This document shows positions 47,250 to 56,058 of a stretch of DNA of 64,000 nucleotides, piece after piece. The translations under genes and the position numbers were made by a program. This DNA is from a virus: positions 3,332 through 67,331 of the IMG/VR virus record IMGVR_UViG_3300029267_001061. One strand, 5' to 3'. Each line of letters begins with the position of its first letter. Position 1 is the first letter of the stretch. Below the pieces are notes generated by a model. The model ran no database searches. It was not told where the DNA came from and was given only the letters and a program-made list of their open reading frames with translations.

Positions 47250-48707
47250 CTACTCGAGCTCTGTCTCATCCCCGACAAGGAACCTCTTGACCCGAGCTCT
47301 GTCCACCTTGTCTCCACGTCCGCACATCACCTCCGCTATGGCCTTCTTGTCCTTCAACATGCTGTAGATCCCGTAGTCGATTGTGCCCCTCATCAGCAGG
47401 TACTGGTAGAGCACCGGGTTCTTCTGACCCACTCGGTGGAGCCGGTCCTGGGCCTGCTTGAAGTCGCCGTAGTTGTATGTCATCGAAGTGAAGATCGCCA
47501 CCGACGCGGCGGTCAGTGTGATCCCCAAGGAGCCTGCTTGATACTGAGCGATGAAGACCTTGCGGTCTCCCTTCTGGAACAGGTCGATCTCCTCCTGCCG
47601 CTGGTCGGATGGAATCGAGCCCATCATGACCGACGGCGTCGTGTCGAACTCTTCCATGCACATCTCGATCAGGCGCTCGATCTCCCAGATGAAGCGGCAG
47701 AAGATTACGACCTTCTGGTCTGATTCGACGATCCACTCGTACAGGAGCTCACGCATCGCTCTCATCTTCTCGTCGCCAAGCGTTCTGAGCTCGTCGCCCT
47801 CGGTCTTCGCGAATCCGCTTGTGATCTGACAGAGGCGGAGGGATCGAGCAAGGACGTTGGCGGCAGTCACGATCTCGCCAGAGTCCAGTTCGATCAACAG
47901 TTCGTCCACCATCTTGTCGTACATGCGTTTCGTGTTGCCTGTCGCCTCCACCGGCACAACCTGGAATCTCTGTGGCGGCAAGTCGGGAAGAACCTCCGCC
48001 CGCGACATGATGACCGAGTGGCGCTTGATGATTGCACTGAGCTCGTCCATGTGCCGCCAGCCAATGGGCTGCCGACCCTGGAACCCGCCCCACACCACGT
48101 AGTAGTCCTTGAAATCGGAGAACCGAGTACCGGTCTCCTCCGGCGCCACCATCCGCATCTGGCTGAACACGTCGAGCGGATTCTTCGTGATCAGAGTTCC
48201 CGTCAGCATCAGCACCTCGGGTACATTGCGACCGAGTGCGTACGCTGCCTTGGTTCGCTTCGCGTTCGGGGTCTTGATGAGATGGCACTCGTCGAAGATG
48301 AGGATGTCGGGAGCGAACCGGCCAATGGCTTCGCGCATCTTCAACAGCATGTCATAGTTGATAACCGCGATCTTCGTTCGCCGAGTCTTGCTCCTGTGAA
48401 GCTCTAAGAGGGCGTTCAAACGCGTTTGGAATGACCCTGAGGTGAGCTTCACCAGGTCGTACTCATAAGGGCAATTAGCAGCCCATTCGTTTTCCCAGAC
48501 GCCCGCGACGCTCAGGGGGCAGACCACAACTACGCGAATCGGCCTGCTCCACTTGAGTTCACGGCAGCCGCAGTAGTCGACCGCGATCTTCGTCTTCCCC
48601 AGCCCAGGTTCGAGCAACAGAGCAGTGCGCGTGCGCCGGAGTAACCGACGCAGCGCCCGCTTCTGATACTTGAACGGAGGGAGCTTAGAGAAGTATTTCC
48701 GCCCCAT
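47250..48707 (-). CDS. SNF2-family helicase
   Basis: PGLGKT, DECH, LTGT, GITLT, QAQDRLHRVGQ. Confidence 0.93.
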   Translation of the reverse strand: MGRKYFSKLPPFKYQKRALRRLLRRTRTALLLEPGLGKTKIAVDYCGCRELKWSRPIRVVVVCPLSVAGVWENEWAANCPYEYDLVKLTSGSFQTRLNALLELHRSKTRRTKIAVINYDMLLKMREAIGRFAPDILIFDECHLIKTPNAKRTKAAYALGRNVPEVLMLTGTLITKNPLDVFSQMRMVAPEETGTRFSDFKDYYVVWGGFQGRQPIGWRHMDELSAIIKRHSVIMSRAEVLPDLPPQRFQVVPVEATGNTKRMYDKMVDELLIELDSGEIVTAANVLARSLRLCQITSGFAKTEGDELRTLGDEKMRAMRELLYEWIVESDQKVVIFCRFIWEIERLIEMCMEEFDTTPSVMMGSIPSDQRQEEIDLFQKGDRKVFIAQYQAGSLGITLTAASVAIFTSMTYNYGDFKQAQDRLHRVGQKNPVLYQYLLMRGTIDYGIYSMLKDKKAIAEVMCGRGDKVDRARVKRFLVGDETELE

Positions 48708-48972
48708 TCTTTCGCACCTCCTCGACCAGGTCGACCACAGCCATCCGTTCGACCACAACTTTCCAATCTCCAACGGAAGCGGCCACCCAAGCATCGAACA
48801 CGCACTGATCTTCCATCCGGGCAAGAAGGCGGAGAAGCTTCTCCTCCGGGAATACATTCTCAGTGAGGAGGGTGGTAATCCTCGACTGCCATCTCGACAT
48901 TGATGAGTATCCCACGTGGGGAGTGGTGGGATCCTGGCGTTTCTTCTTCCCCTCTTCTTTCTTCTCGGCCAT
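48685..48972 (-). CDS. Hypothetical protein
   Basis: Translationally coupled in the operon. Confidence 0.6.
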   Translation of the reverse strand: MAEKKEEGKKKRQDPTTPHVGYSSMSRWQSRITTLLTENVFPEEKLLRLLARMEDQCVFDAWVAASVGDWKVVVERMAVVDLVEEVRKNGAEILL

Positions 48973-49187
48973 TACCTCATCGCCTCGCTGTTCTTGATGT
49001 ACTCAGCTGCCTGCTCCACCGTCAACCCGCGATCGAACATGTTGCCGTAGTCGTAACCGCTTAGCTCGTTCATTCCGGCTCCCACGCGGGCCGTTAGCGC
49101 GTCATCCAGTCGATCCTTCCAGCGGATCCACTCGGCTCGATCGCGTGGCTGCTTCCTTCTCTGCACCGTCTTCCTGTGCGTGGCCAT
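48972..49187 (-). CDS. Hypothetical protein
   Basis: Translationally coupled in the operon. Confidence 0.6.
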   Translation of the reverse strand: MATHRKTVQRRKQPRDRAEWIRWKDRLDDALTARVGAGMNELSGYDYGNMFDRGLTVEQAAEYIKNSEAMR

Positions 49188-49894
49188 TAGCTCTGCCCCC
49201 TCTTCACCTTCTTGGAGCTCTTCTTCTTCGCCTTGACTGGGCCGTGTCCCTTCTTGTAGACCGAGAAGGCAGCTCCGATCTTCTGCGCGGAGAACTCATC
49301 CTCGGTCAACGGGATCGGGTGGTAGACGAAGTTGAATCGGCTCGTCCAGTCGTCCATGTCTATGATCTGTGCGATGTAGGGCTTCCACGCCTTGCGGGGG
49401 ATGGGATGGTTCGAGTTCTCGCCGGTGAGGTGGACTTCGAGGATGTGGTGGGTCTCGAGGTCGATCTTCATGATGGCAACCTTGGTGAGTGTGGTAGCAT
49501 CGCCGTGCCGGGAGACGATGACTTTGCGGTAAGCGATTCCCGACTCCGATTCTTCCTCGAGCGGAATCTGGGGGTTGTCATCCACGATGGGTTCTGGCCC
49601 CTTCTTCTTCTTCCGCGCCCGCTTGCTCGGCGGGGGCGGCCCCTCAGGGAGCCAGAGCTCGATCCCCTTGGGCTCGGTTGGTGCGGGCACTGCACCCTCA
49701 CACCAGAGCTCCTGCTTCTGGAAGTACGCGAACAGCCTCTTCGCTTGCTTGGCAGAACCACAGGTGATGATGAGATGTTGGGTCTCCTGGTCGACTACCG
49801 TCTGGATGGCGGTGTCGATGATTTCCTTCGAGAGAGCCTTCCGCGCCAGCTTCCGGACTCGTCCCGCGAGTAGTTGTGCTTCGGTCTTGGCCAT
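49187..49894 (-). CDS. Hypothetical protein
   Basis: SD GGAGGTTGA; 235 aa. Confidence 0.7.
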   Translation of the reverse strand: MAKTEAQLLAGRVRKLARKALSKEIIDTAIQTVVDQETQHLIITCGSAKQAKRLFAYFQKQELWCEGAVPAPTEPKGIELWLPEGPPPPSKRARKKKKGPEPIVDDNPQIPLEEESESGIAYRKVIVSRHGDATTLTKVAIMKIDLETHHILEVHLTGENSNHPIPRKAWKPYIAQIIDMDDWTSRFNFVYHPIPLTEDEFSAQKIGAAFSVYKKGHGPVKAKKKSSKKVKRGQS

Positions 49895-49900
49895 GCTTCT

Positions 49901-50158
49901 TCAACCTCCCTTATTGCGAATCATACCCCATCTTGCCAGTGCTACTCCAGAGAACTCGTTTCCGACGATGTAAGCGATCATGTCGTCGGGCTCCGTGACG
50001 AAGGAGCTCAGCTCTGGTTCTCCCGCTTGGCGCATTACTTGTTGGGCTTGGTAGTTCAGTTCCTGGACGCTTACCGAGCGCAGCTCCTCGATCCGCGTTT
50101 GGATCGTGTGGAGCTGGGCGAAGAATTGCTTCCTGTCCTCGGGTGCAGTTCGGGCCAT
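49901..50158 (-). CDS. Hypothetical protein
   Basis: SD GGAGGTTGA. Confidence 0.65.
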   Translation of the reverse strand: MARTAPEDRKQFFAQLHTIQTRIEELRSVSVQELNYQAQQVMRQAGEPELSSFVTEPDDMIAYIVGNEFSGVALARWGMIRNKGG

Positions 50159-50185
50159 GTTCTCAACCTCCCCGGGGGAAGGGGC

Positions 50186-50392
50186 CTAAGCCCCCTCCTC
50201 CGCGATTTCGAAGCCGTGGAAGATACCCTGCGCGTATGCGTCTCGGTTATCCTCGATCCAGACGACCAGCTCGTAGTACTCCTCGCGGTTCGCGATGAAC
50301 TGAACCCCGTTCCTGTCCAGCATGTTGATCTCGCCGCTCTGGCGGATAGCCTCCAGTTGTTGGTGAACCTTAGCTGGTACCTGTACTGCCAT
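50186..50392 (-). CDS. DUF5049-like protein
   Basis: AIRQSGEINMLD...VQ.IA....YELV.WI. Confidence 0.75.
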   Translation of the reverse strand: MAVQVPAKVHQQLEAIRQSGEINMLDRNGVQFIANREEYYELVVWIEDNRDAYAQGIFHGFEIAEEGA

Positions 50393-50792
50393 CTTCAACC
50401 TCCTGTGCGCGGGCCGCGCCGCGGATCCCGTGGATGATGTTCTCCAGCCTCTCGATCTCCACTTGGAGTTGAGCGACTCGTGGTTGAATCTCGTCGTGTA
50501 GGTCGGCTACTCCCTCCTTCCACTCGTGGATGTCTCCAAGGAGGTAGTCCATCGAGTTCTCCAGGGTCGTTGCGTTGTACTCGCCCAGTGGGCCATCTGG
50601 TTTCGCGTTGTCGTCGAGCGGGTCGAAGCTCACTGCCTCGAAGTTGAGTGTCCCGATGAAGTCGCACTGGGTACACTCCAGGTTCAGGCAGAAGAACTGG
50701 TCGACTCGGTCGGCCTCGTACTCCGCGAGCTCTGCCCCACACTTGGGGCAGGCTCGATTGTGTGCGAGTATGAAGAGTTCTCGGTAGTTCAC
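50370..50792 (-). CDS. Zn-ribbon protein
   Basis: CPKCG...CTQC; coiled-coil C-terminus. Confidence 0.65.
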   Translation of the reverse strand: MNYRELFILAHNRACPKCGAELAEYEADRVDQFFCLNLECTQCDFIGTLNFEAVSFDPLDDNAKPDGPLGEYNATTLENSMDYLLGDIHEWKEGVADLHDEIQPRVAQLQVEIERLENIIHGIRGAARAQEVEDGSTGTS

Positions 50793-50794
50793 CG

Positions 50795-51133
50795 TTAGCT
50801 CCCCTTCGTAACCTGTCGCATCTTCTTGTAGGTTTCTTCGCCGAAGGCCGTTTGGACCGCTGTGCGGAAGCCGAGGAGTTGAGCGTATGCCCGGGTCTCG
50901 CCGTCGCTGAACTCGACCTTGGAGATGATTCCCGTCTTGGGGTCGCTGACTCGGATGTGGTCGGCGGCCGAGAAGAGGTTCACAGTTCGCTCTCCGCGGA
51001 AGGTAGCCTTCGGGGAGGCCAGTCCGTCGATGGGGAGTTCGCCGTTGCTCAGGAAGAGCCGGGTGCGGTTGAGCTCGCGCTCGAACCTTCGCTGTCGTTT
51101 GGTCCTCGTTGTTGCTTCTTTGGTTGTAGCCAT
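50795..51133 (-). CDS. Hypothetical protein
   Basis: SD GGAGGTTGA, promoter upstream. Confidence 0.65.
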   Translation of the reverse strand: MATTKEATTRTKRQRRFERELNRTRLFLSNGELPIDGLASPKATFRGERTVNLFSAADHIRVSDPKTGIISKVEFSDGETRAYAQLLGFRTAVQTAFGEETYKKMRQVTKGS

Positions 51134-51162
51134 GTTTTCAACCTCCGATGTTAGATACATTG

Positions 51163-51171
51163 ATTCTACCA
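51163..51171 (-). promoter_or_regulatory. Extended -10 promoter element
   Basis: TGGTAGAAT on the minus strand, intergenic. Confidence 0.5.
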
Positions 51172-51268
51172 CGATTTCCTTTCGGCGTATACAGCTGCGG
51201 GGGTGATGCTCGTCACGTTTGTTGAAGATACAAATTCCGGTTGTCTCGCCATCCTGTACCCCCCTTGG

Positions 51269-52246
51269 CTACAGGGTTACGCCGTGTAGGGCGAGGAAGT
51301 GGTCCAACTGAGTGTCGGGAATGTTCATGTAGTAGCCAAGTTCCTCGTGACTGAGGTTCTTCGCCATCCCCCTCTGGAGTTGTCGGGCCGAAGCCGGGCC
51401 TTCCGTGATCTTCGCCGAATACTCCAGGTTGAAGGTCGAGCCGAGCTCTAGGTCCACCTTGATTCCACTGGATGAGTTGACCGAGCGGAACTCGCGGCCC
51501 ATTTCGATCTTCGAGTACCGACCGTCCGGGCGGCTGATGTACAGCGCGTTCTCGACCCACCCCCAGAAGATGATGGTTCCGAGCGTCTGCGCTCCGCGCC
51601 TTCCATCGTCTCGAGCCTTCTTGGTGTGGTGGACCAACACGAGTGCGGTGTCCTGCGATCGAGCGAGAAAGCTCAACCAGTCCAACGCCGGCTGAACTTC
51701 GCGAGCCTCGTTGAAGTTCACTGTCGGGAAGAGTCGGTACCAGGGGTCGAAGATTACGAGTTCGGGTTCGACCTTCGTGGCTATCATCCGCTCCATGAAC
51801 GCCTGGTCCTTATCTCGGCCGAGATCGAGCGGCCCGGTGTAGAACCAGATCGGCGGTCGCTTCTCGGGCTCGAACACGATTCCCTTCTCAGTGTGTCTGA
51901 TCTTGCCGAGAAGTCCTCGGCTCGCTAGGATCTTGGAGACCCGAGCCTTCAAGCTCTCGATCGTGTCCTCTCGTGCCACAAGCATGACAGGCCCGTCAAC
52001 CAAGGTTGTGAAGTGACCGAGGAACGGCGTGCCTGATGCGACTGACACAGCGAGATCCATCATCAGGTATGACTTGAACGACTTCGGAGGCGCAGAGACC
52101 AATCCGTACGCGCCCTTCTGCCAGATGTTGTGCACGAGCCACTCCGGTGGTTGGAACTCACCGGTCATGACATCCTCAAGTGAGAACAGGCTTTCGAGTA
52201 GTGCTTGCTCCCTAACTGCTTCCCGATCTTGGTGTAACTCTGACAT
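51269..52246 (-). CDS. AAA_25/RepA-like replicative helicase
   Basis: APPKSFKS, SVASGTPFLG, VIFDP, LVHHTKK. Confidence 0.9.
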   Translation of the reverse strand: MSELHQDREAVREQALLESLFSLEDVMTGEFQPPEWLVHNIWQKGAYGLVSAPPKSFKSYLMMDLAVSVASGTPFLGHFTTLVDGPVMLVAREDTIESLKARVSKILASRGLLGKIRHTEKGIVFEPEKRPPIWFYTGPLDLGRDKDQAFMERMIATKVEPELVIFDPWYRLFPTVNFNEAREVQPALDWLSFLARSQDTALVLVHHTKKARDDGRRGAQTLGTIIFWGWVENALYISRPDGRYSKIEMGREFRSVNSSSGIKVDLELGSTFNLEYSAKITEGPASARQLQRGMAKNLSHEELGYYMNIPDTQLDHFLALHGVTL

Positions 52247-52406
52247 CTTTGCCCTCCACGACCAGATCCCTCATCTTCTCGAACGTGATGCTAGCTATCG
52301 TCCCGTCCGCACTGGGGTCTGGACAGTCCCATAATACCGCAACCATGTCCCGGTACTTCTTCCACCGGGGACCGCGCTTGAACTTCTCCAACGTGGCGTG
52401 GCTCAT
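52212..52406 (-). CDS. Hypothetical protein (start uncertain)
   Basis: Fills the gap between primase and helicase. Confidence 0.4.
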   Translation of the reverse strand: MSHATLEKFKRGPRWKKYRDMVAVLWDCPDPSADGTIASITFEKMRDLVVEGKDVRVTPRSGSS

Positions 52407-52435
52407 GACCGTTCCGCGTCGGGAACGATCCTTGA

Positions 52436-53308
52436 TCAACTGGACTCTAAGTCCGGTGAGTACTTGGCGACCACCTTGTTCGCCTCTTGCCATAGCCTGA
52501 GCTCTCCATCCGTCCGCTCCTCGTACTTCGACCGGGCCATCGGCGTGTTTCGTACGAGGTTGTAGACCTGCAGGGCTGTGAACCCTGCGAGTGCAAGCAT
52601 CTTCTCCAACTCCCAGATCCGAGCGGAGCGGTCATCAACCAAGTGTGGTTCCGCTCGCAGGAGATGGCGCCCTCGGCCGTTCAGGCGTTTCCTCGCATCC
52701 TTCACGAGTGCTCGATACACCGGCTCACTGAGAACCGGAGCTCCACGCCTGAGCAGCACTACGTTTTCATCAGTTCCGGGGAAATCTCTCGGATCGTACA
52801 CGCGATCGAGATCGGCGTCCACAACGTGGACCTTCGGCGCCGGATCGTACTTGAAGTTGTACGAGCCCGGCACGCGAAGCACTTGAGTGAGATCCCATCC
52901 TCCGGGGTCGAAGCCATTCAAATCAGCGAGATGCTTGTTGATGCCTGCGACCCGAGGGGGTGACACCTCAGCGGTTAGCATCCAGTACGCGTGATGACGA
53001 CCGGGGCTGCTCTCCACCAGGATTGTGGGTTCGGGATCGAACGGGAGCGGTGCTTCGTCACAGTCAGCGAACGCGACGCTCGAGCCTTGCACGTTGGGAA
53101 TCAGCCGGCGTCGGTTCTTGAAGAGAAGCGGGCAGAAGTACAGGTCGTGTCGCATTTCGACTTCCATCCGCATGCGGTCTCGAAGTGTGGTCCAGTCGGT
53201 TGGCCATTCAATGGAGTACTCGCGCCAGTAGTGAGAAGGGAGGCGGGCTGGAAAGTGCGCCCAGCCCGTCCCCTGTAGTATGGCATCGAGGAAATGCCTA
53301 GTCTTCAT
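52436..53308 (-). CDS. RepB-type DNA primase
   Basis: DLYFCP, ADCD, ESSPGRHHAYW, LRVPGSYNFKY. Confidence 0.9.
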   Translation of the reverse strand: MKTRHFLDAILQGTGWAHFPARLPSHYWREYSIEWPTDWTTLRDRMRMEVEMRHDLYFCPLLFKNRRRLIPNVQGSSVAFADCDEAPLPFDPEPTILVESSPGRHHAYWMLTAEVSPPRVAGINKHLADLNGFDPGGWDLTQVLRVPGSYNFKYDPAPKVHVVDADLDRVYDPRDFPGTDENVVLLRRGAPVLSEPVYRALVKDARKRLNGRGRHLLRAEPHLVDDRSARIWELEKMLALAGFTALQVYNLVRNTPMARSKYEERTDGELRLWQEANKVVAKYSPDLESS

Positions 53309-53654
53309 CCTCCTCCTCGAGGTCTTCTTCATCCTCGGGGTCCTCGTCCTCTTCGTCGGAATCATCGAGGTCTTCCTCCTCCTCGATCTCCTCCTCCTCG
53401 GAGTCCTCGGCCTCCTCGTCGAGCTCCTCCTCGGGCGCCGCTGGTTCGTCCTCAGGGGCGGATAGGGCTTCGCCCTCCGCGTTCAGGATTGTGACCTGAT
53501 CCTCCACACCCAAGAAGACCGCGATGTCCTGAAGAGCTTCCGCGGGAGTCTCGTGTTCCGTGGCGACATCAACCTTGGCGCCGTCGACATACCGAACAAC
53601 GGAGAGAGGGCCGGAGCCCTCCCTCTGTACTACCTTGGCGAGGAGGTTACTCAT
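53298..53654 (-). CDS. Small protein with long Asp/Glu tail
   Basis: Overlaps the histone-like gene stop and the primase start. Confidence 0.75.
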   Translation of the reverse strand: MSNLLAKVVQREGSGPLSVVRYVDGAKVDVATEHETPAEALQDIAVFLGVEDQVTILNAEGEALSAPEDEPAAPEEELDEEAEDSEEEEIEEEEDLDDSDEEDEDPEDEEDLEEEDED

Positions 53655-54135
53655 CCTCGTCCTCGTCTTCGTCGTCCTCGAACTCGTCGTCGTCTTCTTC
53701 GAGTTCGTCCTCATCCTCTTCTTCCTCGTCCTCGTCTTCCTCTTCCGGCTCGTCCGGAGCGCGCTGATCCGCGATCTTGAGGAGTGCGACTTCGAGGTCG
53801 GCCGGAGTGACAGTGGACTGTTTCCGTGCCGTGGTTGCCGCGCCAGCTTCAAGCAGAAGCTGTTCGACCAGTGTGTCGAGCGCGAGGCGGAGTGCCCTGG
53901 CCATGCGCCAACCCTTGCCGGAGAGCAGAGCTCGGACCTTCTTCTTCGTGATCAGGCCGGGACCCGTGTAGGGCTCTCGGGGTTTGCGCGTTCGCTTCTT
54001 GGAAGCGGCCTTCTTGGCCGTGCTCTTCTTCGGAGCGGCCTTCTTGGTTGCGGGCTTCTTCGCCGTCGGCTTCTTGGCCGCAGGCTTCTTCGCTGCGGGC
54101 TTCTTCGCGGTACTCTTCTTCTTGCTGTCAGCCAT
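53647..54135 (-). CDS. Histone-fold protein with Lys-rich N-tail and acidic C-tail
   Basis: Core LITKKKVRALLSGKGWRMA...LDTLVEQLLLEAGAATTARKQSTVTPADLEVAL matches the prokaryotic histone alpha1-L1-alpha2-L2-alpha3 pattern; SD AAGGAGGT. Confidence 0.75.
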   Translation of the reverse strand: MADSKKKSTAKKPAAKKPAAKKPTAKKPATKKAAPKKSTAKKAASKKRTRKPREPYTGPGLITKKKVRALLSGKGWRMARALRLALDTLVEQLLLEAGAATTARKQSTVTPADLEVALLKIADQRAPDEPEEEDEDEEEEDEDELEEDDDEFEDDEDEDEDE

Positions 54136-54247
54136 TGTGCTGACCTCCTTCTGTAGCGCCTGAAGCGCCCTCGTTAGGTTGTGGGGTTTTGCCCCCGTGT
54201 CGGCGGAGGGCGGATGAAGAGTCGATTGCTCGTCGTGTTTTCTTCAT
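54128..54247 (-). CDS. Possible 39-aa leader ORF coupled to the histone-like gene
   Basis: SD AAGGAGG, ATG 54247, stop overlaps the histone gene start. Confidence 0.35.
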   Translation of the reverse strand: MKKTRRAIDSSSALRRHGGKTPQPNEGASGATEGGQHNG

Positions 54248-54272
54248 GTAGGATGCCCTCCTTTGTACCGGC

Positions 54273-54281
54273 ATTATACCA
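54273..54281 (-). promoter_or_regulatory. Extended -10 promoter for the histone/primase operon
   Basis: TGGTATAAT, intergenic. Confidence 0.6.
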
Positions 54282-54298
54282 CAACTCCAGCTCTTCTC

Positions 54299-54838
54299 TC
54301 AGCTTTCTTCGGAGCTGTCCTGAAGCGCCCTAGCCAAGGCTAGTTGGCCGAGTCGGTCTGCGAGGACCGTCGCCGAAACGCGCGCTTGGAGGATCTGCTG
54401 GAGCTCGTCGATTGGGAGGAACGGCGCCGCATGTTCGCGTCGCTTCGCTGCCTCGTTGACCTCGTGGATGAACTCCACCGGAGGCACGCCCGGGTAATAC
54501 GGGTAACTTTCCGTGCCCCCTCGCGCGCCCATTCCTTTGGTAAGGAAGCGGAGCGCTGGGATCTGGCGGTCGACGGCGCCGCGGAATGTGCGACGCAGTT
54601 CACGAGTTTCCTCGGTCGACATACCGAGCGGGTAGGCCTCCACGCGGAAGCGATCCGCATCGTCCTCATCGAAGATGACCGAGAAACTCCACTTGCCTGC
54701 CAACGCCACCAACATCGTGAGCACCCAAGGATAGGCGCCCACACGAGTCATGTCGCCGATCATTCGGCTGATGTTCTCGTGTGAGTCCTCCAGCAGGTTC
54801 TCGACGGCCAACGGTTGAATGTTCACATCACCGATCAT
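54299..54838 (-). CDS. Hypothetical protein
   Basis: SD AAGGAGG; ATGA overlap. Confidence 0.65.
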   Translation of the reverse strand: MIGDVNIQPLAVENLLEDSHENISRMIGDMTRVGAYPWVLTMLVALAGKWSFSVIFDEDDADRFRVEAYPLGMSTEETRELRRTFRGAVDRQIPALRFLTKGMGARGGTESYPYYPGVPPVEFIHEVNEAAKRREHAAPFLPIDELQQILQARVSATVLADRLGQLALARALQDSSEES

Positions 54839-55221
54839 TCGGCCTCCTTCTGCTTGATTCCCCAGGCCTGGAGCTCCCCCTCTGTGGCCTGCCATTTCCC
54901 CGCCCGGAGAAGGCGAGCCATTGTACAGTAGATGGCGATATCCGCCCACGTGTCTTCCACGTTCTCGCACTTGAGCTCCCGGCCCTGCCGGAAGTGCGAG
55001 ACCAAGCGCGAGAACTTGTCGGCGAGTCGGACGAAGATTCCTTCCTCACCGCCGATCAGGATGTTCAGCGAGCTGTAGTCGTGTTGCTTCCTGGAGAATA
55101 GCTCGAGCTGCTCAATGAACAACCAAGCCATCTCCCTCGTCTTCGACTCTTCCGGGAACTCGATGTGTTCTGTGATTGCAGGCCAGACCTGCTCATCGAA
55201 CTGCTTACGCGTCAAGCTCAC
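54835..55221 (-). CDS. DUF1599/nucleotide-modification-associated domain 1 protein
   Basis: KQHDY...GI.VRL.DK..RL...E.VEDTW.DIA.Y. Confidence 0.85.
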   Translation of the reverse strand: MSLTRKQFDEQVWPAITEHIEFPEESKTREMAWLFIEQLELFSRKQHDYSSLNILIGGEEGIFVRLADKFSRLVSHFRQGRELKCENVEDTWADIAIYCTMARLLRAGKWQATEGELQAWGIKQKEAE

Positions 55222-55496
55222 GGTTTCACCAACTTCGTATCCGGAGTCTCGATCGGCGGCGGCGCCATCTCTTCATGCGCGTTCGCCACAAGGGCGACAC
55301 CGAACGTCATCAGCATCGTGCCGTCAGACCGGAGGATGTTCAAGAACGGGCCTTGGTTGAAGATGCTTTCCAGCTCCTCGCCCTTGACCTCCGCGACGAC
55401 CGAGCCATCGCCGTTGAGCAACTTGACATCGTCGATCTTCATCTGCTTCTCCGGGCCTGCCGGATGCGGGATGGCCCCGCCGGGTGTCCTGCTCAC
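55218..55496 (-). CDS. Hypothetical protein
   Basis: SD GGGAGGT; coupled. Confidence 0.6.
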   Translation of the reverse strand: MSRTPGGAIPHPAGPEKQMKIDDVKLLNGDGSVVAEVKGEELESIFNQGPFLNILRSDGTMLMTFGVALVANAHEEMAPPPIETPDTKLVKP

Positions 55497-55900
55497 TGTG
55501 TACCTCCCATCAAGTTGTGGAACGACTGGTGGAGCGAGCTCGGGTCGATGTCCGCGTTGAACAACAGCTTGTCATGCGGACGCGGGAACGCCAGGCCGTG
55601 CCTGTAGACCTGAGTCATGAAGCCCTCCAAGATGTAGCCGTCCTCGCCAAGATCCTCAACGACCGCGACCGTGAAAACGCCGGCCGTGATGAAGCTCGCG
55701 GAATCGTCTTGCGCGAAACCCAAGAGCATGTCGGGAACGTTGTTTGGATCGTAGCCCTCAGCAACGTCGTCACGAGCTACGCGAAGCAACACGTAGTCGC
55801 CGATCGTTGCACGCCGAATCGTCAATGACTGGTGGAATCCACGGAGCTCGCCGGTGTTCAGCAGGACCGTGTCCATCCCTCCGCCAGGTGCATCTTTCAT
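55493..55900 (-). CDS. Hypothetical protein
   Basis: Coupled in the operon. Confidence 0.6.
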   Translation of the reverse strand: MKDAPGGGMDTVLLNTGELRGFHQSLTIRRATIGDYVLLRVARDDVAEGYDPNNVPDMLLGFAQDDSASFITAGVFTVAVVEDLGEDGYILEGFMTQVYRHGLAFPRPHDKLLFNADIDPSSLHQSFHNLMGGTQ

Positions 55901-56058
55901 TTCCATCCTCCTCGTAGTGCGTGAATGACCATGCCCCAGAGCGCGATGCTCAGGGCGTAGAAGCCAACGGTGAATTGTATCAGGCTCCAACTGAGCCAGG
56001 TGCCCTCAACCCAGGCGCCGATGAAGTAGAATCCGACGAGAAGCGCGATCAGGAACAT
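55897..56058 (-). CDS. Small two-TM membrane protein
   Basis: SD GGAGG; hydrophobic 53 aa. Confidence 0.55.
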   Translation of the reverse strand: MFLIALLVGFYFIGAWVEGTWLSWSLIQFTVGFYALSIALWGMVIHALRGGWK

